Shown piece after piece: positions 1 to 9,415 of a stretch of 64,000 bases of DNA (the stretch's first letter is position 1; each line of letters opens with the position of its first letter). The position numbers and the translations under genes are program-made. The stretch comes from Tubiluchus corallicola (lineage: Eukaryota > Animalia > Priapulida). The notes under the pieces were generated by a model. It had not been told where the DNA came from. It saw only the letters and a list, made by a program, of their open reading frames with translations, and ran no database searches. The DNA is taken from the NCBI GenBank assembly GCA_030141605.1, contig JAQGDQ010002388.1, positions 1-64,000 of the forward strand, written 5' to 3'.

Positions 1-61
1 GGTAGAGTGTTTTTAGGCGATTTTCCACTGAGGGGCATTGATTTCGTGTTTCTTCATTCAT
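1..61 (-). CDS. 5' fragment of a gene running off the window start (MNEETRNQCPSVENRLKTLY...), possibly YggS-family PLP protein
   Basis: ATG at 61 with AAGGAG upstream, open to the edge. Product is guessed only from the common alphaproteobacterial arrangement of yggS divergent from a ThiE-like gene. Confidence 0.4.
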   Translation of the reverse strand, partial: MNEETRNQCPSVENRLKTLY

Positions 62-176
62 CTTTATTCTCCTTAAGAAGCGCACTTGCCACATTTTAGA
101 TTGTTTTCAGGAAATATTGGTGATATAGCTTGTAAAAACAATTCCTTAAGGTGCCAAATTAAGAGAGATCTTCATA

Positions 177-842
177 ATGTCTTCCATGCGCAGGTTTTTT
201 TTGAAGAAAATGGCTTGTAAAGGGAGGGTAAATCATTCTTTGAAAAATACAATAAAAAAATACCCTTCTTTTTTATTGATGTCGGATGAGAATCGCTTTC
301 CGGATCCGGCATCTATCATCTCTACTCTTCCTTTGGACAGTGGTTTTATTTTCAGGCACTATTCTCTTCCTTTCAAAAAACGTTGGGAAAAAGCGAAAGC
401 TTTGCGTCTACTTTGCAAGCGTTACGGGGTGAAATTTTTAGTTGCGAATGATCCAGCTCTTGCGGTCTGGTGCCATGCTGACGGGCTACATTTATCAGAG
501 TATCAACTCAAATATTTTTCTTGCTTAAAGCCTTCTCTTTTTTTGAATTCGTCTTTTGTTACAGTAGCGGCACATAATTTCCCTGCTCTCTATCGGGCAA
601 AACAATTTCCTTTCATCGATGCTTGCCTTCTCTCTCCTATTTTTCCAACAGAGTCTCATCCTTACGGATCTTCTCTTGGTTTAAGTCGTTTTGCTTTTCT
701 AGCCAGAAACTCTCCCTTGCCACTCTATGCTCTAGGGGGTATTAATGAAAGAACAATTTCTCTTTTGAATCATATTTCTATAAAAAACTTTATTGGTGTT
801 GCTGGGATTGGCTTGTTTTACACATCTCATGCATATTCTTAA
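177..842 (+). CDS. Thiamine phosphate synthase (ThiE/TenI)-like protein
   Basis: ADGLHL, AAH, LLSPIFPTESHP and PLYALGGI motifs; exact start uncertain. Confidence 0.8.
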   Translation: MSSMRRFFLKKMACKGRVNHSLKNTIKKYPSFLLMSDENRFPDPASIISTLPLDSGFIFRHYSLPFKKRWEKAKALRLLCKRYGVKFLVANDPALAVWCHADGLHLSEYQLKYFSCLKPSLFLNSSFVTVAAHNFPALYRAKQFPFIDACLLSPIFPTESHPYGSSLGLSRFAFLARNSPLPLYALGGINERTISLLNHISIKNFIGVAGIGLFYTSHAYS

Positions 843-871
843 AAATAAATGTTCCGACAGGAGGAAAATAT

Positions 872-1522
872 ATGATCTATCAATACCATACAAACAAAAC
901 TGTTGATACTATCGTCTTTGATTTAGGTGGTGTTCTCATTGATTGGAATCCTCGCTATGTTTATCGCCCTTTATTTGATCACAATGAACCTGAAGTTGAG
1001 CATTTTCTAAATACTATCTGCACTTCTGAATGGAATGCGCAGATTGATGCAGGAAAGCCGTTTGCTCAAGCATGCTCAGAGCTTTCCGAACGCTACCCTC
1101 AGCAACAGGAGCTTATTTATTATTGGCAAGAAAAGTGGCCAGAAATGTTAGGAGAGCAATTGCAGGAAACAGTTGATATTCTCTACGATTTACAAGAGGC
1201 GAATATTCCTGTTTACGCGCTTACTAACTGGTCTGCTGAGACTTTTCCGATTGCGCTTGATCGGTTTCCTTTTTTATCTTCTTTTTTAGACATCGTTGTC
1301 TCTGGAGAAGTGGGACTAATCAAGCCTGATCCGAAAATTTACCATTATTTGCTTAACCAGAATAAACTTGATGCGCAAAGAGTCGTTTTTATTGACGATA
1401 GTCTTGCGAATGCTAAAGCAGCAGCCCAGCTAGGAATGACAGCTATTCATTTCCAAAATAAAGAGCATATGTTACGGGAGCAACTGATTCAGCTCGGCCT
1501 CCCTCTCAAGAAAAAGACATAG
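872..1522 (+). CDS. HAD-family phosphatase
   Basis: FDLGGVL motif I, LTNW, KPDP, FIDD; AGGAGG RBS. Confidence 0.9.
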   Translation: MIYQYHTNKTVDTIVFDLGGVLIDWNPRYVYRPLFDHNEPEVEHFLNTICTSEWNAQIDAGKPFAQACSELSERYPQQQELIYYWQEKWPEMLGEQLQETVDILYDLQEANIPVYALTNWSAETFPIALDRFPFLSSFLDIVVSGEVGLIKPDPKIYHYLLNQNKLDAQRVVFIDDSLANAKAAAQLGMTAIHFQNKEHMLREQLIQLGLPLKKKT

Positions 1523-1642
1523 ATCTACAATGCCAAAATCATTATGTATAAAATTTTTGGCTCTTTACAAAAGAAGTGCATTTCAACAAAAACAATTAAA
1601 CAACAGCATGTTACTTTGCAAAATTAATATAAAACATTAGGT

Positions 1643-2587
1643 TTACAGGCCGAATCTCTGATAATAGCTCTGTTCTTCTGCTGTTGTGACAGTTGATTCC
1701 ACAGCAGCTTTAGATGCAGAGGCAGCAGACTTACTAAAAAGTCGTTGAATAATGCCTTGTTCTAAAGCGAATTCTTTTATTTTTATCTTTTCACCATAGC
1801 GTTCATATAAGACTGTATGCATATGTCCTATATTATCAATAAGCCCTAATTCTACAGCTTTTTCTCCACGCCAGACGATTCCTGTAAACAGGCCATCATT
1901 TTCAAGTTTCAGGCGTTCTTTCCGACGTTCTATGACCCACGTTTTAAATCCTTCGTGTGTTTCTTGCTGAAGCCCTTTAAGCCATTGAATATCTTCTTCT
2001 TTTTCTTCCTGGAAAGGATCAAGAAGCGATTTCTGCTCTCCTGCTGTGTAAATGCGCCTTTCAATGCCGATTTTATCAAGGAGTTTGGGAAATCCAAAGC
2101 TTGCGCTGATCACGCCTATGGATCCTACGATTGAATTTTGATCTGCATAGATTTCATCTGCGGCACATGCCAGCCAATAGCCTCCTGAAGCAGCGACATC
2201 TTCAATAAAAGCTAGGACAGGGATATTTTTTTTCTTACGAAAGTATAAAATTCTCTGTGCAACCAGCGAGGATTGTACGGGAGAACCGCCGGGAGAGTTG
2301 ATTTCCAAGACGACAGCAACCAAGCGAGGAGTAGAGAATGCTTTTTCGATAATTGTATTAAAATTTTTAAGAGAAATTGTTTCTTTTCGAGAGCTTGGTC
2401 CACTGGCGATAATACCAGACAGGCGAATAACAGCGATAGCAGGAGGCTTTTTAAAAAATTTATCACGGATAGTATCTACCCATGGCAGCTTTAAAGTAAA
2501 GCAATCATTATCTTTTTTTTCTTTGGTGGATTTTTCTTCTTCTGGTTTTTGCGAAGGATTAAGATTGTCTTGATGAGATTCTGTCAT
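1643..2587 (-). CDS. S49-family peptidase (SppA/SohB-like)
   Basis: INSPGGS, AASGGYW and GSIGV motifs. Confidence 0.92.
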   Translation of the reverse strand: MTESHQDNLNPSQKPEEEKSTKEKKDNDCFTLKLPWVDTIRDKFFKKPPAIAVIRLSGIIASGPSSRKETISLKNFNTIIEKAFSTPRLVAVVLEINSPGGSPVQSSLVAQRILYFRKKKNIPVLAFIEDVAASGGYWLACAADEIYADQNSIVGSIGVISASFGFPKLLDKIGIERRIYTAGEQKSLLDPFQEEKEEDIQWLKGLQQETHEGFKTWVIERRKERLKLENDGLFTGIVWRGEKAVELGLIDNIGHMHTVLYERYGEKIKIKEFALEQGIIQRLFSKSAASASKAAVESTVTTAEEQSYYQRFGL

Positions 2588-2655
2588 AAAAATAATTTCC
2601 TTAAACTATCATATATGCTTATGTTCAATATGGTTAGTGTAGTCGCTTTCAATGT

Positions 2656-3402
2656 CTATCCTTCCCAGGAAAGTTCTTTTCCATTTCGGAAGATATCTTC
2701 TGCTTCCTGGGTATATTTTCCTCCTTTACTGCTATGGAGAACAAGTCCCGGTAAAAGGCGTGTTGATTGTTTATAGTCTTTTTTTCCGCAGACAAGAACT
2801 CTGTTTGCTTCTTGGTTATATGATTTCCAGACAGGAAAGATCATAAAAGCGCCAAGAAAAGGACTCATGGCCTCTAGAAGCTCAGTAAGGTTACTTGCGG
2901 GATAAATAACAGTCAAGCTTCCTTTGGGTTTGAGTCGTTTACAGCACGCCTTAATCCAGTGGTGTAAAGAGTGTCTCTGCTCATAGGTTGTTGATGTTTC
3001 TCTCTGAGAAATTTTGGAGGCTTGTTTTTTTCCCTCTTTCCACCATGGCGGGTTTGTCATCACATGATCCCATTGTTTTTTCAGAGGATTAGAAAGGTTG
3101 AAAATATCACCTTGGTAGATTTCCAGCTGTTTTTCCATATGATTATTAACAATATTTTTTTTTGCAAGTTCTACAGCGGGAGGAAAAATTTCCAAGCCTG
3201 TCAGAAAAATATGAGGGCACCGGTAAGCCAAGCAAAGGGCTCCCGCCCCTACTCCGCATCCGACATCCAGCACATGCTCTTGTTTTTTTGCTTTTACGGC
3301 AGCCGATAGAAGAACTGTATCAATACCAAAACGGAAGCCTTTATAAGGTTGAAGGATAGAAAGAGATTTTCCTAGGATAAAATTTTCTGTTACTGTTTCC
3401 AT
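2656..3402 (-). CDS. SAM-dependent methyltransferase, tRNA1(Val) A37 N6 (YfiC/TrmN6)-like
   Basis: QPYKGFRFGIDTVLL, LDVGCGVG, NPPW; typical position between S49 peptidase and ispB. Confidence 0.85.
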   Translation of the reverse strand: METVTENFILGKSLSILQPYKGFRFGIDTVLLSAAVKAKKQEHVLDVGCGVGAGALCLAYRCPHIFLTGLEIFPPAVELAKKNIVNNHMEKQLEIYQGDIFNLSNPLKKQWDHVMTNPPWWKEGKKQASKISQRETSTTYEQRHSLHHWIKACCKRLKPKGSLTVIYPASNLTELLEAMSPFLGAFMIFPVWKSYNQEANRVLVCGKKDYKQSTRLLPGLVLHSSKGGKYTQEAEDIFRNGKELSWEG

Positions 3403-3550
3403 TTTTACGTTATTTCAAGGTTAAAATTTTTTCATGCAATAAAATATCTTATGTTGTTATATAACATAGAGTGTATTATGATAATCAATATTTTCCTCTG
3501 ACAGCGAGAGACTCATTAAAACACATTAAATAATCATAAATAGAAAAAAT

Positions 3551-3592
3551 TACAGCCGCAATGACAAACTATACAGCCGCAACGAAAAACTA
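3551..3592 (+). repeat. 21-bp tandem duplication spanning the ispB start codon
   Basis: TACAGCCGCAATGACAAACTA followed by TACAGCCGCAACGAAAAACTA (19/21 identical). Confidence 0.85.
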
Positions 3593-4583
3593 CTATGGCA
3601 CAAAGCAAAATGCCACACAACAGCTTCAGGATTCTGTTCGAGACGATTTAAACAATGTTAACGCGCTCATTATAGAGCGTTTAAACAGCAACACGCCTCT
3701 TATCCCTGCGATTGCTTCTCATATTATTGCTGCAGGTGGCAAACGTTTTCGCCCTCTTTTGACTTTAGCGAGTGCAAAAATGTGTGGTTATGAAGGAAAT
3801 CGCCATGTGCATCTTGCAGCCTGTGTGGAATTTATCCATACAGCGACTCTTTTGCATGACGATGTTGTAGACGAAAGTACAATGCGACGCGGCCTTAAAA
3901 CGGCAAATACAGTCTGGAATAACCAAGCCAGTGTTCTTGTCGGTGACTTTTTATTCAGCCGCTCTTTTGAGCTTATGGTTGAGGATGGATCCTTAGATGT
4001 TTTGAAGATTCTTTCCGAGGCCTCTTTAACGATCGCAGAAGGGGAAGTTATGCAACTATCACTAGCTTATAGTGTTGGTTTAACGCAAGATCAATGTTTA
4101 GAAATCATTCGTTCTAAAACGGCAGTTTTATTTTCCGCTGCCGCTGCGGTTGGTGGGATTATATCTGACCAGTCGGCGCGACATATTGATGCGCTTCGTT
4201 CTTTCGGTTTAAACATGGGAATGGCTTTTCAATTAATTGATGATGTTTTAGATTTTACTTCTGATAAAAAAGCTATGGGAAAGAGAAGCGGCGATGATTT
4301 TCGCGAGGGAAAAGTAACCTTCCCTATTGTCTTAGCGTATGAGCGTTCTTCTGATGAAGAGAAACGTTTTTGGCAACGAACACTGGAAGAGAATGATCAG
4401 CAAGAGGGTGATTTTCAACGGGCGGTTTCTCTTGTTCATGAGACAAAATCTTATGAGCAGACATTCAACAAGGCGTGTGAATATGCGGAAAAAGCACAGG
4501 AATCTTTACAGATTTTTCCTGACAATATTTACCGCAAGCTTTTATCGGACCTTGTTGCTTTTACCACAGAGCGATATTATTAA
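3561..4583 (+). CDS. ispB: Octaprenyl/decaprenyl diphosphate synthase
   Basis: GGKRFRP, first aspartate-rich motif HDDVVD..RRG, second motif FQLIDDVLD. Confidence 0.93.
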   Translation: MTNYTAATKNYYGTKQNATQQLQDSVRDDLNNVNALIIERLNSNTPLIPAIASHIIAAGGKRFRPLLTLASAKMCGYEGNRHVHLAACVEFIHTATLLHDDVVDESTMRRGLKTANTVWNNQASVLVGDFLFSRSFELMVEDGSLDVLKILSEASLTIAEGEVMQLSLAYSVGLTQDQCLEIIRSKTAVLFSAAAAVGGIISDQSARHIDALRSFGLNMGMAFQLIDDVLDFTSDKKAMGKRSGDDFREGKVTFPIVLAYERSSDEEKRFWQRTLEENDQQEGDFQRAVSLVHETKSYEQTFNKACEYAEKAQESLQIFPDNIYRKLLSDLVAFTTERYY

Positions 4584-4685
4584 CTAAATTAAAATAATAT
4601 TGTTGTTTTTTCATATTTATTGTAAAATACTTTATTTTAATAAGAATTTTCCTGAACTTTTATACAGTGTAAACATTTAGAGGGA

Positions 4686-5216
4686 ATGATGTTCAATAGC
4701 ATAAAATCAACATTATTTTTGATGGCGACAAGCGGTATTTTTTTAGGCTTATTATTTTCCATTGCAGCAGCAGAGGAAATAAAAGCAGGGGATAAAATCG
4801 GCGACTGGTACATTGACTGCCAGGCGACAGGACCAAATAAAACGATATGTGCTCTTTCTCAAAATATCAATCACGATGAGAAAGGGGTTGTCATGCGTTT
4901 AACTGTTGGCTGGATAGGCATGGAAGGCCAGCCTGTTCTTGTGGCCACTGTTCCTCCTGGTGTTTTAGTTTCTGCGGGAATAGCTGCGAAAGTTGATGCG
5001 AATGAACAATTTTCATTAGAGTGGCAATTTTGCGCGGCTCAAGGATGTGAAGCGAGTATTATATTAACAGACTCTCTTTTAGATATGTTAAAATCCGGCA
5101 ACCAGATTAACATAGCTTATGTTCCGATAAACAGGCAGCTATTTCAAGTTATGGGCTCTTTAAAAGGAATAACCAAAGGGCTTAATACTTTACGGGAGTA
5201 TAAAGAAAGCAATTAA
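4686..5216 (+). CDS. Invasion-associated locus B (IalB)-family exported protein
   Basis: Signal peptide, GDWYIDC..CALSQ, C..QGCEA, SLKGITKG. Confidence 0.82.
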   Translation: MMFNSIKSTLFLMATSGIFLGLLFSIAAAEEIKAGDKIGDWYIDCQATGPNKTICALSQNINHDEKGVVMRLTVGWIGMEGQPVLVATVPPGVLVSAGIAAKVDANEQFSLEWQFCAAQGCEASIILTDSLLDMLKSGNQINIAYVPINRQLFQVMGSLKGITKGLNTLREYKESN

Positions 5217-5247
5217 TCATCTGTTGAAATGTTTCACGGATCGTTAT

Positions 5248-5287
5248 ATAAGAGGGTATTAGGAAATTTTCTATACCCTTTTATTTT
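5248..5287 (+). terminator. Putative intrinsic terminator after the IalB gene
   Basis: ATAAGAGGGTAT...ATACCCTTTTAT inverted repeat running into a T-rich tail. Confidence 0.6.
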
Positions 5288-5338
5288 AAGCATAATGTTT
5301 ATGAAAGCCTTGTTTTTTGTTGATAATTGGTGAGTGTT

Positions 5339-7234
5339 ATGTCTTGTCATTCTACTTCTTGGAATTTTGATGAATCACGTCGTTTATATGGTATTGACAA
5401 ATGGGGCGATCGATATTTTGATATTGATTCATCGGGCTATTTAATTGTGAAGTCGCCTGCTAACCGGGCGCATCCTGGTATTGCTCTTCATTCTCTTATT
5501 ATGGATTTGCGCCGTCGTGGCTATCCCCTGCCCGCTCTTATACGTTTTCCTCATATTTTAGAAGATCGTATTCAAAGGCTGTGTTATGCCTTTAATGATG
5601 TGATTCAAAAAGAACAATATGCCGGCAGCTATACAGTGGCCTACCCAATTAAATCGAATCAGCAAAAGGATATTATCACAACATTATTAAAGCATGGCGG
5701 TGATCAGATAGGTCTAGAGACAGGCAGCAAGCCGGAGCTTATGGCGGCGTTAGCTTTGATGAAGCCTGGCATGACTCTTGTGTGTAATGGTTACAAAGAT
5801 CGAGATTATATTCGTTTAGCGCTGATTGCCCGTAATTTAGGGATAAGATGTTTTATTATTATCGAGAAATTGTCGGAGATTGATTTAATTATTGAGGAAT
5901 CGCAAAGATTAGCTATCGAACCTCTTTTAGGTATTCGTATTCGTCTTGCAACGAAAAGTCGAGGGCGTGGAAAGAATATAGATGAGGAAAGAGCAAAATT
6001 TGGCTTGCTGGCCTGCCATATATTGGCGGTGATAGAGCGTTTACAGCAGGCAAATTTATCCTCTTCTCTTAACATAATCCATTTTCATATTGATTCTCAG
6101 ATAACAAATCTTAAAACGATTGAATCGGCTCTTTACGAAGCGGCTCGTTATTATATTCAGCTTCGTTCTCTTGACATTCCTATAAATATTATCAATGCGG
6201 GAGGAGGTCTTGGTGTCTGTTATGAAGGGTCTCATTGTGATTCTTTAAATTACAGTATGGAAGATTATGCTCATTTAATCGTTCATATTTTCGGTACGCT
6301 TTGCCATAGCGATGGATTTCCTCCTCCGGATATTATTACAGAGTCCGGCCGCTCTTTAACAGCGCATCATGCGTTACTTGTTACGGATATTGTCGATTGT
6401 GAAGTTGCGCCTGGTGCCTCTTTTCCCTCTTCTTATCGCTCTGAGGATATTCCGTTATCTCTTCGTTCTCTTTGGGATCTTTGGCATAACATTTCTAAGG
6501 AAACTCCTGTTGAGGATTATCGCTTAGCTCAGCAAGAGCGCAATCGCTGTTATTATATTTACACGGAAGGAAAATTAACGATCCAGGAGCGTGCGCAAGC
6601 GGAGGATATTTTTTATGCGATTTGTCGGAAGATTCGTTCTTTTCTGCATCCTTCCTCTGTGGAGCATAAGAAACTTTTAGAAACGCTTGATATTTTGCTT
6701 GCTGACAAGTTATTTTTAAATTTTTCGATTTTCCAATCGCTGCCGGATTCTTGGGCGATAGGTCAAGTCTTTCCTATTATTCCTCTTTCCGATTTAGAAA
6801 AGGCGCCTGAGAGTCATGTAATTATTCAAGATTTAACCTGTGATTCCGATGGATATATTGCGTCTTATCCTGGGTCTGGTGGTCTTTTAAAGACGTTACC
6901 TATCGCACAGTATAGCAAGGGAACGCCTTATTTTATCGCTATTCTTCTTACGGGAGCCTATCAGGAGATTTTAGGTGATATGCATAATTTATTTGGGCGA
7001 ACACATACAGTTAATGTTGTTCCAAGCGAAGATGGAGGATATGAGTTCAGCGCTATCAGGTATGGCCATACGATTTTGGATATGTTGCATTATACTCATT
7101 TTGATCTGGAGGATTTTTTATCCGCATATGATGCTAACATTATGAGCTCTCCCTGCAAAACATCGCAGCAGCGCAGGCAGTTTTTACAGGAGTTAAAAAC
7201 AGCTTTATCTTCTTACACCTACTATTCTCACTAG
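5339..7234 (+). CDS. speA: Biosynthetic arginine decarboxylase
   Basis: YPIKSNQ (PLP lysine), GSKPEL, KFGL, ESGR, FQSLPDSW, TCDSDG, GAYQEILGDMHNLFG. ATG at 5339 chosen; track gives 5327. Confidence 0.9.
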   Translation: MSCHSTSWNFDESRRLYGIDKWGDRYFDIDSSGYLIVKSPANRAHPGIALHSLIMDLRRRGYPLPALIRFPHILEDRIQRLCYAFNDVIQKEQYAGSYTVAYPIKSNQQKDIITTLLKHGGDQIGLETGSKPELMAALALMKPGMTLVCNGYKDRDYIRLALIARNLGIRCFIIIEKLSEIDLIIEESQRLAIEPLLGIRIRLATKSRGRGKNIDEERAKFGLLACHILAVIERLQQANLSSSLNIIHFHIDSQITNLKTIESALYEAARYYIQLRSLDIPINIINAGGGLGVCYEGSHCDSLNYSMEDYAHLIVHIFGTLCHSDGFPPPDIITESGRSLTAHHALLVTDIVDCEVAPGASFPSSYRSEDIPLSLRSLWDLWHNISKETPVEDYRLAQQERNRCYYIYTEGKLTIQERAQAEDIFYAICRKIRSFLHPSSVEHKKLLETLDILLADKLFLNFSIFQSLPDSWAIGQVFPIIPLSDLEKAPESHVIIQDLTCDSDGYIASYPGSGGLLKTLPIAQYSKGTPYFIAILLTGAYQEILGDMHNLFGRTHTVNVVPSEDGGYEFSAIRYGHTILDMLHYTHFDLEDFLSAYDANIMSSPCKTSQQRRQFLQELKTALSSYTYYSH

Positions 7235-7315
7235 CCTGTTAATTGCGTTAAGTGGTTATTTGTTTTATTTCGGTATATTTTTTATATATACAAAGGTTTT
7301 TATCTTAAAAAACTA

Positions 7316-7344
7316 TTGCTCTTATATTGGAAGAATGATAGTTT
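7316..7344 (+). promoter_or_regulatory. Putative sigma70 promoter for tRNA-Arg
   Basis: TTGCTC-N17-TAGTTT with extended TG, ending 14 nt before the tRNA. Confidence 0.45.
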
Positions 7345-7358
7345 TTTAAGGTTATAAT

Positions 7359-7435
7359 GTCCCTGTAGCTCAGCAGGATAGAGCACTTGATTCCTAATCA
7401 AGGGGTCGCAGGTTCGAATCCTGCCAGGGACGCCA
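7359..7435 (+). tRNA. tRNA-Arg (anticodon CCT)
   Basis: Acceptor GTCCCTG/CAGGGAC, D arm GCTC/GAGC, anticodon arm CTTGA-TTCCTAA-TCAAG, T arm GGTTCGAATCC, encoded CCA. Confidence 0.97.
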
Positions 7436-7721
7436 TTCTTTAAGTAGCGAATAAATGCTATCAAATTATCTTCCTTTCCCAACCTGACTATTTTCAACGT
7501 GCCGCATTTAATATTGCCAAGCTTTACCAATAAAGAAAATGGCAATTTCTGTTTGCGTCTTTACTTTTAGCGCGTACTTACAAACTTGAATATATAATTG
7601 ACTGTTAAAGATTTTATAATTACTATTATATTCATCATTCATTCAAAAAGGACGTGAGTAATGTAAATCCAATCAGCTAAATCATTTTTTGCTTTGGTTT
7701 AATTTTTAATTGGAAATGCTC

Positions 7722-9314
7722 ATGTCTTATCAAAATTTATCCACTCATCATATTAGCTATCATTTTCCTGATAATCGTTATCTTTTCAAGGATTTAAGTT
7801 TTGCGCTTAACTCAAGTAGCAAAGCCGCGCTTATTGGGAAAAACGGTGTTGGCAAATCAACATTACTGAAAGTTTTGGCGGGCGATTTATTATGCTCGGA
7901 AGGAAGTATAAAAACAGATTTAAAAGTGACATATATGCCTCAGAAAACTCAACATATCAAGGGGTTAGTGTCTGATGTGTTTAGAATTAGCAAAATTATG
8001 GACGCTCTGAAAAAAATCGAAAGCGGCAGTGTTGAGCAAGCTCTGTTTGATATAATTGAGAATAACTGGGATATTGAAGCAAAAGTGCGAAAAGAGCTTG
8101 ATAACTTTAATATGGGTGAAATTGATCTTAACCGAGATATCAACACTTTCTCAGGAGGTGAGATCATTAAGATTTTATTTGCTAAGAGCTTTTTAAGTGG
8201 CTCGGATATTATCCTTTTTGATGAGCCGACGAATAACCTTGATTACAATTCAAAACATCAGTTTATTGAGCGAATTTTAAATTACGATAAAGGTGTTTTT
8301 ATTGTTTCGCACGATCGTGAGCTTTTAGATAAAATGAGTAAAATTTATGAACTCACTGAAAAAGGGATGAAAATATACGGTGGGAACTATGATTTCTACA
8401 AGGAGAAAAAGAAGAGAGAGCAAGAGTCTCTAAAAACAAAACTTCGATCAGTGGAAAAAGAAAAAAAAGGATTGAAAAAAGAGCAGCAGAAACTTCAAAA
8501 AGACACCGCCAAGAAAAAACGCGAAGGCTTAAAGAATGTTAAGTCTCGTAAATATACCAGAGCGCATGCAGGATTAAAGCGTATGCAGGCAGAAGGAACA
8601 GCTAGCAAAAAAAAATATGATATTGCGGACAAAGAGCAGGAAATCCAAACAAAATTAAAAAAGATAAAGGATAAAATTGAGGATGGTAAGCATATAAAAA
8701 TCAATTTTAATACCTTGGATAAAAGCACGAATAAGATCTTGTTTAAAGGCAAGGATATAAGTTTTGGATATAATGACAAGTTACTTTTTTGTGATCTTGA
8801 TATAACAATTCGATATGGTGACAGGATTGAGATTTTTGGTGATAACGGCAGCGGGAAAAGCACTTTAATTAACCTGCTCATGGGAAAGCTTGCCTCGAAA
8901 TCAGGGCGTCTGGAATTGAAAACAAACCCCATATATCTGGATCAAAAGCTTGAGCTGCTCAATCGTGATAAAACGATATTGGATAACTTTTTAGAGTTGA
9001 ATCCAGACGCGAATAAAAATGACGCGCATGCTATTTTAGCGCAGTTTCTGTTCAGAAATGAAGAGGCAAAAAAATTAATCGCGGATTTAAGCGGAGGAGA
9101 GATTCTAAAAGCAACCCTCGCCTGTGTGCTTGGCAGCTCAAAGCTAGAGATGTTGATATTGGATGAGCCTACGAATAATCTGGATATTGACAGTATAGAA
9201 ATTCTCGAAAACGCTCTTAGGCAATATCCGGCGGCTTTGCTGATTGTTTCTCATGATAAGGAATTTTTGAGAAATATCGGCATTAAGCAAAGAATAAAAT
9301 TAAAGAAACAATGA
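7722..9314 (+). CDS. ABC-F family ATPase (ribosome-associated; long linker, ARE-like)
   Basis: Two NBDs (GKNGVGKS/FSGGE/DEPTNNLD and GDNGSGKS/LSGGE/DEPTNNLD), no TM segments, long Lys-rich linker. Alternative starts at 7710 and 7716. Confidence 0.92.
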   Translation: MSYQNLSTHHISYHFPDNRYLFKDLSFALNSSSKAALIGKNGVGKSTLLKVLAGDLLCSEGSIKTDLKVTYMPQKTQHIKGLVSDVFRISKIMDALKKIESGSVEQALFDIIENNWDIEAKVRKELDNFNMGEIDLNRDINTFSGGEIIKILFAKSFLSGSDIILFDEPTNNLDYNSKHQFIERILNYDKGVFIVSHDRELLDKMSKIYELTEKGMKIYGGNYDFYKEKKKREQESLKTKLRSVEKEKKGLKKEQQKLQKDTAKKKREGLKNVKSRKYTRAHAGLKRMQAEGTASKKKYDIADKEQEIQTKLKKIKDKIEDGKHIKINFNTLDKSTNKILFKGKDISFGYNDKLLFCDLDITIRYGDRIEIFGDNGSGKSTLINLLMGKLASKSGRLELKTNPIYLDQKLELLNRDKTILDNFLELNPDANKNDAHAILAQFLFRNEEAKKLIADLSGGEILKATLACVLGSSKLEMLILDEPTNNLDIDSIEILENALRQYPAALLIVSHDKEFLRNIGIKQRIKLKKQ

Positions 9315-9415
9315 TAGAACGTAGCGTGGCAATAAGGCTATGTAATTCCGTGTGTTTTTAATATAATGACTTTCTATGTCTTGCACTTAATTAAAAATCT
9401 GAAAGTTTTAAAAAG

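Noticed and set aside
7353-7358. Perfect TATAAT next to the tRNA
   Set aside because: It abuts the mature 5' end, so transcription would start inside the tRNA; a better-placed promoter lies at 7316-7344
7300-7545. 81-aa minus-strand ORF
   Set aside because: It is the antisense reading of tRNA-Arg
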